From a virus, in IMG/VR virus record IMGVR_UViG_3300032291_003216, positions 6,207-70,206 of that record: a DNA stretch of 64,000 nt, one strand, 5' to 3'. Below, piece by piece: positions 1 to 10,800 of the stretch (its first letter is position 1; every line of letters begins with the position of its first letter). The notes under the pieces were generated by a model. That model worked only from the letters and a program-made list of their open reading frames with translations. It had not been told where the DNA came from and did no database searches. The position numbers and the translations under genes were made by a program.

Positions 1-18
1 TCGGGAAGACCTGCGTAC

Positions 19-423
19 TCACCCGACCACCTCGTAGATGACTTCGTAGGCGAAGGCGTTGTCGGCACCGGCGTTCGGACCAGGCTCGAGGTAGAACTGG
101 CCCGCGGTGTCGGTCGGGAACACGACGCCGGCGCAGGCCACGTCAAACAGGGCCGCGACGAGCGTGCTGCTCCCCTCAAACTCCATGTCGATGGACCCCG
201 CCACGCCGGCCGACGCGCTGTACAGCCGCGGCACGAAGCTGGCAGCGGTTCCCGCCGTCCAGTCGAGCTTGATGCGGAGGACGTTCACCGTCGTAACGCC
301 GCCACCGGCGTCGATGGTGAGGCGCGTCGAGGCACCGTAGTTGGTGAGGGTGCCGGAAGCGACCTTCACGTTGCCGATGGAAGCGCAGCTCGCGGAGCCG
401 CCAGAACCAGAACCGCAGGACAT
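19..423 (-). CDS. putative virion structural protein (beta-rich)
   Basis: 134-aa ORF in the virion operon; Gly/Ala/Thr-rich, beta-strand pattern. Confidence 0.55.
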   Translation of the reverse strand: MSCGSGSGGSASCASIGNVKVASGTLTNYGASTRLTIDAGGGVTTVNVLRIKLDWTAGTAASFVPRLYSASAGVAGSIDMEFEGSSTLVAALFDVACAGVVFPTDTAGQFYLEPGPNAGADNAFAYEVIYEVVG

Positions 424-425
424 GG

Positions 426-686
426 CTACCTTCCGTTGATGAGGATGTTCTCGATGCGCGCGAGCCGGGCGTCCATCTGCGTCATCTGCGCCTTGAGCGC
501 CGCGACGTCTTCTTTGACGCCGTCGAGATCGTCGCAGTTGTGCTCTACGGCTGCCTCTTCAGCGCCGCGGGCTTCTTGCCACGTCAACCAGCCGCCGCCG
601 CCGACGAAGCTCAGCGCCAGCACCCACGCAGGGATCTGAATGGGGCGGCTGACGTTGATCGTTCCCTCACCGGACGGTGTCGGCAT
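426..686 (-). CDS. holin-like/membrane protein (1 TM + coiled coil)
   Basis: Hydrophobic IPAWVLALSFVGGGGWLTW followed by heptad LKAQMTQMDARLARIENIL. Confidence 0.5.
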   Translation of the reverse strand: MPTPSGEGTINVSRPIQIPAWVLALSFVGGGGWLTWQEARGAEEAAVEHNCDDLDGVKEDVAALKAQMTQMDARLARIENILINGR

Positions 687-700
687 CGCTCAGCTCCTCG

Positions 701-1294
701 TCAGTTTGCGCGGCCCGAGTCGATCTCCACGATCAACTCGGCACCGGAAGTAGCCGCGTCCGTCTGAAGCAGAACGGAGAGCGAGTTACCCGCGGCGGGT
801 GTCGTGACCTCAAACTCAAAGACGATGACGATGCTCTCGCCGGGGACGAAAGTCTGGTTCGGTACGTTCACCGTGATGTTGTTCTCGGTGTACGTCGCGC
901 CGCCGCCAACGTCGAGCGCGCGAGGGATGCCCTGACCCTTCACCAAGCCCGCGATGCTCGACACGTTGCCGCTGGTGTCCTTGCGGCGCACGTCCATGTT
1001 CATCCGGCCCCGCGCACCGGCAGGGGCCGCAGCGACTTGCTGCCACCGGCAACGCGCCCGGATCTGCCCGGCAAAGGAGACGTTGTAGGCGCAGCGGAGG
1101 CTGTAGAGGTACGAGAACTTGATGCCGTTGGCCGTGGTGTCGACGGCCGCGATGGTCGTCGAGGTCAGCGTCGGCACCTTGTTGAGCGCCGCGCCGGGGA
1201 TGAGCACGCCATCGGTGTAGGTCGTAGCTGCGACCGCAGTAGACGACGGCGCCGCGTACCAGCCACCGCTGAACATGTTCGCCGAGTCAGCCAT
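701..1294 (-). CDS. putative virion structural protein
   Basis: Start re-called at ATG 1294 (MADSANM) after GAGGG; beta-rich. Confidence 0.55.
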   Translation of the reverse strand: MADSANMFSGGWYAAPSSTAVAATTYTDGVLIPGAALNKVPTLTSTTIAAVDTTANGIKFSYLYSLRCAYNVSFAGQIRARCRWQQVAAAPAGARGRMNMDVRRKDTSGNVSSIAGLVKGQGIPRALDVGGGATYTENNITVNVPNQTFVPGESIVIVFEFEVTTPAAGNSLSVLLQTDAATSGAELIVEIDSGRAN

Positions 1295-1314
1295 ACGTGC
1301 GCCCTCTCGTGCGT

Positions 1315-1348
1315 ACGCTATCACAAGGCACGAGAGAACGCTATCACA
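1315..1348 (-). promoter_or_regulatory. tandem extended -10 elements (TGTGATAGCGT x2)
   Basis: 11-bp direct repeat acgctatcaca at 1315 and 1338 reads TGnTAnnnT on the minus strand, intergenic. Confidence 0.5.
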
Positions 1349-1372
1349 CAGGGCGAGCTACGCCGCTGCTTT

Positions 1373-1804
1373 CTACGCGCGCCAGTGCAAACGCAGGTTG
1401 CCATTGGCAGTGCCCGCGTTAGTCTTGATCACGACATAGACCGTTCCGCGCACTTCGACCGTCAGCTGCTGGTAGTGGTAGTCGAGGTCAATGCACGCGA
1501 TGGCGGAGCCCTTGGTAGCAGTCGTGAAGCCGAACTGCACGGACGCAGTCTGCTCTGCGGTCAGGGGGATGTCGCCGGCCGCGTCGCGCGCGAGGAAGAA
1601 CGTCACGCTGGACGCGCCCGCGGCGATGGTGTCCATCTCGACGGCGAGGTGCTGGAAGTGCGCGAAGTCCGGCACGACAGCGGTGCGCGGCGCGTTGGTG
1701 GGGTCCGCGGTGAGCGTGAACACCTGGTAGCTCGTGGTGAGCGCAGCCTGGTGCTTGTACGAGATGCCGGCGTGGTTGAAGCCGCCGTAGCGTGCGTTGG
1801 ACAT
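1373..1804 (-). CDS. putative virion structural protein
   Basis: 143-aa ORF with GGAGG RBS directly after the giant gene. Confidence 0.6.
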   Translation of the reverse strand: MSNARYGGFNHAGISYKHQAALTTSYQVFTLTADPTNAPRTAVVPDFAHFQHLAVEMDTIAAGASSVTFFLARDAAGDIPLTAEQTASVQFGFTTATKGSAIACIDLDYHYQQLTVEVRGTVYVVIKTNAGTANGNLRLHWRA

Positions 1805-1813
1805 GATGCCTCC

Positions 1814-4800
1814 TTAGATTCCGGTGGTTTCCTTGAGCTTGGTCGGTTCCTCGTACTTGGCGGCCTTCTGCGCCGTCGTGAGCGAGACGTCCATGCCCGC
1901 TGCGGCCCGCGCCCATCGTAGCAGTTCGCCACGAATGTCGGTGCGCTCAAGCGGCGTTTCTTCCGCTCGCAGCAGGATCTGGTTTAGCTCGCCCAGCGGG
2001 CTGTTCTCAAAGGCCAGCGCCCACGCACCGCCGGGGATGTAGTACCGCTCGTCGCGCGTCTTCGCGATGTCGGGGTACTCCGCCTGAAGGCGGCGGATGC
2101 GCTCGGCGTCCTCCTCGGACAGCATCTCAGGGTTCTCAACGAACGGGTCGGCCTGCGCCGGCACGCGGATGAACGTCGTGCCGTACGCCTCGTCGAGCTG
2201 CGCGCCGATCCACGGGTGGACGCGGAGCACCGTGGCGACGCCTTCTGAGGCGAAGGTCGACACCTTCTTTGGCGCGACGAGGTCTTCGGTCGCGTCGGCG
2301 AGGATGGGCGCGAGAATGGGCGAGCGGGTGATGTCGAACGCGGGCTCGAGCACGCGCTTGTACGACACTTCCCGCATGCCGCCTTCGGTGAGGTCGACGC
2401 CAGGAAGCTGGTCCGCCAGCCCCGCAGACAGCAGGAGGTACGCCGCGGAGATCTGCGTGATGTGCTTCAGACCGCCTTCGACCGCCGACTCCGGCCAGAA
2501 CAGCTCCATGTAGGAGTGGTCGTCACCCGCCATGCTGTAGTACATCCGCACCGCCTCCGTGCGCGGGAACGGGACCGCGACACCCGCACGGTCGCGGAAG
2601 TACGACATACGCGACGCCTTGTCGGGCCGCACGACCGCATACTGCGCGAACCGCGAGAGGCCCGCCGCGCCGCCGGCCATCCGGATCTCCTGCACGCTGC
2701 TGGTCAGCTCGACCATCTTACCGTCCTCGACCGACCGAGCCTGACCGCGGAACAGCATCCGCAGCGCGCGCTTCGCCTCAGGCGGCGGGTTGCCGCCGTA
2801 AGAGTCCTCAAACGCCTTGACGATGGCGTAGTAGGAGTCCTGAAGCTCCGGCGGCATCGACTCAACGTCCAACTCGTACTCGCCGCCCACCTCGCGGAAG
2901 AGGATCTCGCTGAGCAGGTCGGCGCTGCGGTCGCGCGCCCGCTTGATCGCCATCATGCGGTAGGCGCCCCACGGGCTGAACATCAGGTTCACGACCTGCT
3001 GGTTGGCGTTCTTCTGGAACGCCCAGAACGGGAACAGGATGCCGACGAGCCAATGGCGGTCGGCCGCCGTCAGAGACTGGCTGTAGTCGTAGAGCGCGTC
3101 GACCGTGATGCGCGCCGCCGTGCGGGGGTCGTACCCGGCCTCCATCAGCGTCACCATCGCGCCGAGGCGCTCGCGCTCGCCCCACGCTTCGGCCGTGTCG
3201 CCCACCGTCTGCTGCCAGTCGGCGAGGAAGTTCATGAACCGGCCCTTGGCCGACCCCGTCTTGATCGTGCCGGAGACAGAGTCAGCGAACATCGTGCCTT
3301 CGCGGACGATGGCGTTCTGAAGCTCGCGCGTCGACATGCTGGCGAACACGCCTTCCTCGACCGCGATGTTGCGGACAGAGCGGTAGTCGTAGATCTTGCC
3401 TCCCGCCCGGAACGCACCGTCGACCCCCTCGAGGATCGGGTTGACCTCGATGCGGTACTTCGCCAGCGAGAACCATTCGCCGATCTTCCCGGCGGCGATG
3501 TCGCCGATCTGCTGGAGGCCCGCGCGACTCCTCTCCAGCGCGACAGGAGAGGCGAGACGCCCACCCGAGAGCCGGCTCGCCGCATCCACGACCTGCTGCC
3601 ACGCCGGCAGCACCATCACGTCCTGCAACAGGACGCGCGTGAGCGACATCGCGCCGACGCCGAAGCCCGCCTGCATGCTGATCTGCACGAAGTGGTCGAC
3701 GGTGTTCATCATAAAGTACCGCTGGCGCAGGAAGAAGCTGCCGCGGGTCATGCGGGTCTTCATGTAGCGGTACAGCAGCGCGTAGGCGTCAGCGCCCGTC
3801 GCGGCCTCGGCAGGACGGTACGAGGCGCGGGAGAGCGCCTTGGCGATGCGGTCACGCGCCTGACGCGGGATGTACAAGTTCGCGTCAAGGACCGCGTCCT
3901 TCACGAACTCAATGTTCGCGCCGAAACGGTTGGCGGTGAACTGGAGCGCGTTGATGTTGTCGAGGCCCGGCTGCTCGCCAACCGACCAGTTGATGAGCGC
4001 GTTGCGCGTCTTCGCGTTGACCCCGAGCCCCATGCGCGTCAGCGCATCCTTGCCGAGGCTGGCCGCGCCGAACGAGCCGACGAGAACGGCGACGCGGCGT
4101 GCGGCCTCCTCGTCGTAGATGGCCGCGACGTCCTTGAGCAGCGTGGTGACCGCCTGCTCGCTGCTTCCCTTGAAGACGCCACCGGGCCGCGCCGTCATCC
4201 CGGCGAGGTAGGTGATCGTCTCCACGAGGCGCATCTCGTGCGTTGGGCGGTAGGTGCCCGGCGCGTCGACCGCGTTCCGCAGCGCGCCCGACAGGGCCAC
4301 GCCGATGTCCTCTTCCGACCCCTTGGCGAGGCTCATGATCTTGTCCATGGCCTGCACCGCGATCCGCCGGTTCTTCGCCTGATCTGCGGTCGCCTTGGCG
4401 AACTCCTTGCCCTCGGAGTCGAAGCCGTAGTTGGCGAGTCGGATCCCTCGATTGGGACTGTTGATGGCGTCGGCGAGGTCCACGAGCGCCTTCTTCTGGG
4501 CCTCGTCCAGCGCCGAGAGCGTGCGCTGGTACATGCCGATTACTGAGCCCATCGAGTCGTGGCCCGCCGACAGCACCGAGCGCCCATCGCGGCGACGAAC
4601 GTCGACCGCGCCCGAGAGGTAGCGCGAGAGCTGCTTGTTGCCGCCCTTGTCGACCGCGTCACGCAGCAGGCCGATGGTGTCGCCGATGTGCTGCTCAATG
4701 ATGCGCTCGCCTGTGTCGAGGGCCTTGCGAACCTCAGGCGACAGCTCGCGGGCACCCTTCTCAAGCGCGACATCGCCACCGATGAGCGACCCAGCGACAG

Positions 4801-7800
4801 CGCGAGCCGCCGTGCGGAGCGCCGCCTTGGTGCCCGTTTCGCCCTTGACCGGCGCGATCACCTGTCGGATGGACTCGACCGCCGTCTCCTCGACGACGCG
4901 CCCGAGCGCGCCGCGGCCCTTGCCCAGCAGGTCGAGGTCGACTCCCTTCTCCGCCGCCTTCTGCATCTGCGCGCGGGTCGTGTACTTGGCCTGCGCCTCG
5001 GCGAGGTCGCGTACCGTCCACGTCTCCTTGCCGAGGATCTTGACGGGGAACTCGATGGCGACGAGGTTGTCCGTCACCTTCTCGCCGCGCGCCTTCGCAG
5101 CGGCCAGCGCGTCGTCGAACTTCTTCTGGATGTCGGCGAGCTGTGCCTTCGGCAGGCCGCGGCGTACCGCCTCGCGGGAGAGAAGGTCGAGGATCTCGAC
5201 CTGATCGTCCGCCTCACCGACCAGCTCGCGGCGCAGCACCTGCTTCAACGTCGCGCCGGTCTGCTCCGTCACGTCGGAGAACGCACGGTTGAACGCAGCG
5301 CGGACACCGTCATTGATCGTCACGCCCATGCTCGGGTCAGACGCCAAGCGGTAGATGCGGGCCGCAGCGTCCTTGAGGCCGTCGAAGGCGTTGGACAGCG
5401 TGCCGTTCGGCGCGGTCCCGTCCGCCACATAGCGCGCGAACGCCTGAGCGAAGAGGTCTTCCGCCTTCAGAACTTCGGCCTCGTCGCCGGTGAAGTCGCC
5501 AAACTCATGGCCGACCGTCACGCCGCGCGTCTTCAGCCACGCGACGACGTCGTCCATGTCCTCCGTCGCCAGCACGTTGCGGCGCAGAACACGACCCAAA
5601 CCGTCGAGAACGGTGCTTGCATCCGCGCCTTCGAGCAGATAGATGATCGAACGACCGTCGTCGAGGAACTCGGTGACGCCCGTGACCTTGCCCGTGGGGC
5701 TGACTGCCTTGAAGAAGGTGGACGGCGGAGCTGCGTCTTCGGCTACCGCGGCTGCTGCTTCAGCGGCCTTCGGCTCGACGCTGGCGTAACGGAGCGCGTC
5801 GTACATGCCGGCGTGCGTGGTCTGGGCGTCCTTGAGCCTGTCCCAGAACCAGTGGTGCATGATCGCGCCGAACACTTCGTCGGGCAGATCCGTGCCTGGA
5901 ACGCCCTCGGCGCGCAGTGCGCGGAACCGCCCCATCGCGCGGTCGGCCATCGCCACAGCGATCTTGTCGACGTCCTGCCGCGCCTTGAGATCGCGCGCGA
6001 GATCCGACTCGGGGGTCGCAAGCGTGCCGATGTCGGCGCGGCCGGTGAGCCAACCGTTGAACTCGACCGCGTCCATCGTCGGGCTCTCACCGAAACCGAG
6101 CAGATGCGAGATGAACGGGGTCTTCGCGTTACCGATTCCGTTCAGCTTGCGGACGGCCGCCTCTACCTTCGCGACGTCTCCGCCAGCCGCGTTGATCTCG
6201 TCAACGACCGACTGAAGGCTCTGCATGGTAGCCGCGCCGGGCTTCGGCACCGAGAACACGCCGGAATTGCGCAGCGTGTTGTTGCCCCAGATGTCGCGCA
6301 GCTTGGCGACAGTTTCCCACGCATCTGCGTCGAACTCGCCGCGCTCCAGCGCGTCCAGTGCGCGCTGTCCGTCGGGCGAGAACATCCACGCTGCCATCGC
6401 CTCTTCCGGCCGTACCTGACGCTGGCCCTTCTTGCCGAGCACGATGAAGCGGTCATCGAGAGGACCGAGGATGGCCTCGACTCGCGTGGCGTCGATGGCG
6501 CCAGCACGCTGCGAAGCCACGGTGGGGAGGTACGCCTTCGCCACGTCGCGCACCGTGAGGCGTCCCTCGCGCACCTTGTTGCGCTGCTCCAGAATGAATG
6601 AGGCCACGTTATCCAGATACTCGGGGCGCGCGTCACCGAGGATCTGAAGGAGCTGCGGGGTCGAGATGAACTGCGTCTTCTTCAACTCATCGAGGATCGC
6701 GGAGGCGCTACGCTGCACTTGGAGCGCGGCCCCCTCGCTGAGCATGTTCGACACCGCCGTGCCGTCGCCCTTGAGCACGTCGTCGAGAGCACGGATGAGC
6801 GGCGCATCGGACGTCAGCCCGAACGCGCTCTTCACCTTCTCCACGAACTCCGTGAGCCACTGCTTCGCCTTGGCGACGAAGCCCTTGTCGGCCGTGGCGT
6901 AGCGCCCGCTGACGATGCGGCTGGCGTTGACGGCCCAGAACTCCGAGGGGTTGGAATACTGGTAGAACGAGCGCGGCAGGGTGCCGTTGGTGACGCCTGT
7001 CAGCAGCGCCGCCGAGTCGCCCGTGAGCGCTTTCTCCAGCGCGGGCCGCTGCTCCGGCGTCGCGGTGCCGAGCGTCTTCTGGATCTGCTTCGCCCACTCG
7101 TCCACGACGGCCGTCTGGAGCGCCTCTGGCAGCATCTGCTCGGTGTGGTGGAGGATCTCGTGGGCCGCGGTCAGCTCGCTGCCGCGCTCCTTGATGAGCG
7201 CCACGACGCGGTCGACCGGCTCGTAGAAGCCCGCGACTTCCTCGCCGATTTGCACGCCGAAGCGCTTCTTCGCCGACTCGGCGGTGAGCACGGCGATGTT
7301 GAGGTCGTCCGCGATGCGCGGGTTCTGCCGGATGAGCCACTCGGCGAGGTCCGCCCCGGCCTCGTCGATGACGCCCGCCGCCTTCGCCTGAAGGAGCTTG
7401 GCGCGCGCATCGTCCGCCCCACGCACCAACTGCGCCTGCGACTTCTTCGCGGCGCGCTCCGCCTTCTGCGTGGCGAGGTCACGCTTCACATCACCGATGG
7501 TGATGTCGTACTCGATCTGGTCGATGCGGCCGGCGTCGAGGTCTTCTGCGGCCTTCCGCAGGCGCGACTCCGCCGCGACGACGAAGCGCTTCGGCGTGTC
7601 GCCCCACGGCGACTTGGCGCTCTGCGCGAGCGACTCGATGCTCGGAAGGATCGTGGCCGACGCGGCTTCCGGCTTCTGAGCCTTGGCGCGCTTGCCACCA
7701 CGAATCTTTGCGCCAGTAGGTTGCGCCTCGACAGCCGCCTGGATACTCGGAGAGGCAGCGGGGGCTACGACAGTAGGAGTCGGAGGAGTCGGGGCTTCGG

Positions 7801-10800
7801 CACGAGCCAAGCGCGCTTCGACGTCGGCGATGGCCTGATCGATGGACTGGCCTACGTGCGCCTTGCCGAACTCCGTGCCCGGCCACTTGACGGCGAGCCC
7901 CGCAAGGTGGCGCTCTCGGATCGCCTTGAGATCCGCGAGGGCCTTCTCATCCGCCGCGCGCTGCGCCTGCACACGAGTCGGCCGCGCCGCTCCGTCTTCT
8001 ACGCGCAGCATGTTGGACGACGTCCAGACTTCCTTCCCGTCGTCGTAGCGCACCAGCGCGTCGTTCATGCCGGAGCCCAGCGGCTCCCATCGAACAACGA
8101 CGCCGCTCTTCCCTGCCATCGGGTCGGAGACGCGCGCCCCCTCCCACGTCTCTGCGGTGACAGTAGGAGTCGGAGGAGTCGTGACTTCGGCGGCACGCGC
8201 GACCGGGGCTGCCTCAGCCGGGGCCTCAACGACCGCCGCCGGGGGCGCCTCAACGACAGGGGCTTCGGCGACCGGAGCAGCCTCAGGCGCCTCGACGCGC
8301 GGAGCCGCCTCGGTGACTTCACGCTCAGCACGGAGGCCCGCTTCGGTGGCCTCGAAGCGCGGCGCGTTGCGAGCGCTCAGCTCGGTGTCGAGGATCTGGG
8401 CGTAGCCGCTCAGGTTGCGGCGGGCGCGTTCCACGTCGGCAGCAGGAAGCACGCTGTCGACGAGGTCGTCGATGGCGTTCTCGGCGAGGTCGAGTTGCTT
8501 GCGGATCTCGTCGGTCGAGAACGCGCGCACGCGCTTGCTGATCTCGCCCTGCGCCTCAGAGCGGAGCTTCGCCAGCGACGTCGGAGCCGCCTCTGCGTAG
8601 CGCCCACGAAGCTCGTCCATCGGGAAGAACGGATCGCGCTGGAGCAGCGCCTTGATGACGGTCTGCTGCGCTGCGGTCGGCGGCAGCACGGGGCGTGCGC
8701 TGGCCGGCAGTGCGCCGAAAGACACCGGCACCCGGCGCTCACGGCTTAGGTCCGCGAGGCGCTGCGCGCGGGCCGCCACCAACTCGCGGAGCCCCTCGAT
8801 GTCCGTCTCGCCGCGCATGACGCGGAGCGCGCCCTTCCGGAAGTTCTCGGCGACCGTCGCGCGGTTGTCCGTACCGGCGAGTCCGTCGATGCGGCGCGTG
8901 ATGCGGTCCAACTCCTCGCTCAGCGAGTCAAGCTCAGACACCAGCGCGTCCTGCTCAATGTCCACGAGCGGGATCTCAGCCGTTTCCGGAAGGTCGCGGC
9001 GCATCGTGAGCAGGTCGGGCGCGCCCTTGATGGCCGGCTCGCCCTTCTGGACGCGTGCCTTCATCAGCGCTTCGGCCTCATCGACACCGGCGAGCAGCGC
9101 CTGCATCGGGTTGCCGGTGACAGACGGCACGTTCGTCTCGGCCGCGCCGACCTTCACGAACACGTTGAAGTCGTCGCCGTCGAGCGGCGCGTCGACCATG
9201 ATGCGCACGTCACCCATCACGATGACGAAGGCGCCCGTCGTGCCGTCCGCGCGCCCGTACGAGGCGATGGCCGCAGTGCTGAACCGGCCCGCCCGCGCGT
9301 CGAGGAGGAGGCGCTTCGCCTGGTCGACGTCCGCGATGTCCATCGGCTTGGCGTTGGGGACCGGCGTCGGCTTCCACTTCAGCGCCTTCTTGCCCGCGCC
9401 GCCGAGCGGCGGGGCCGGGGTCGGCGGCACGCTCTTCGGCGCGATGCCGAAGCGCTCAAGGTCCGCGGCAGAGGCCCGCATGATCTGCGGGAACTTCTGC
9501 TTGTAGAGCTTGAACGGATCGATGCCCTGACGCTTGGCCTGCGACAGGATGAGCTGGTCGTTGACCGCTGCGAGCTTGTAGGCTTCGTCGAAGTTCTGCC
9601 CCGGCATCGCGCGGCGCAGCTGCTTGAGGAACACCTGACCCGCGGCGGACAGGCGCACCGGCTTCCCCGCGGAATCGAGGACGGCGACATCGTCGAAGAG
9701 GTTGATCGGCTGGATACGGAGCTTGCCCCGCTTCGCGATCTCGTCCAGAAGCGCCGCAGCAGCGTAGGCGCGGGCCTCGTTGTTCTTCTCGATGGCGGCG
9801 GACGCGCGGTCGAGCAGCGCGAGGTCAGCCTGCTTCAGGTCGTCGAGCGACTGCCCGGCGATGTCCTTCATCTTCCGGCCGACCTGCGGCACGAGGCCGC
9901 CCTTCGTCGGGACGTGGAGGAGCTTGCGAACCTCCGTGTAGGCGTCCGTCTTGAACGTGTCGTCCGCCTTCAGCGCGGCCTGGAGCGCCTCACGGAAGTC
10001 CTTCTCGCTGGTGAGGAGCGCCGGAGCAACGCGGCGGGCCGCAGCGGCCAGCTTGTCGATGTCCGCAGCCTTGAGCCCCTTCTCCTTCGCGAACGGCGCC
10101 AGCACGTTGCGCGTCGCGCCCTCGACGTAGTTGGAGATGTACTCCGCCATCGTCTTCGGGAACGCCTGCGCGTGCGCCTGCCGGGCCGCGGCGACGCGGT
10201 CGAGGAGCTTCTCGGTGGAGAACAGCTCGTCGTAGTCGGCGTAGGGGACGTCCTTCGTGTCCGTCTTCGCGCTGAGCGTCTCACGACGCATCGACGGGTG
10301 CTGCCACACGCGACCGGCGGCTTCCTGCTCGGCGGCCTTGATGCGCGAGCCGATGATGGCCGTCAGATCGTCCGACGCCGTGTCCGTCATCGGGTCGACG
10401 AGCTTCATCAGCTCAGCGGCCGAAGCGTCGTAGTTGTTGAGCTGGTCGGCGACGGCGGGCGTGAGGCGGCGAAGCTCGACCTCCGCAACGCGCGCCGCCT
10501 CGAAGTTCTTCGCAGCGCGGGACTCCGCGATGGTCTTCAGAAGCGCCGTGACCTCCGGCGCGATCTTGCGGATGCGGTTGTACTCCACGCCCGCCTTCAC
10601 GACCTTGCCCGCCTTGCCGGCGGCGAGGAGCATGTCGGGGAAGATCACGGAGGCCGCGAAGCCAGCAGCGACCGCCGGATAGCGGACAAGCGGCGTCGCG
10701 CCTTCGGAGTGGTCGAGGGCGTACTCCAAGAAGTTCGCGCCCGTCGCGACACCCTCAGACACGGGGCGCCCCTCAAGCGCGGCGACCGTCGCCGACTGCG

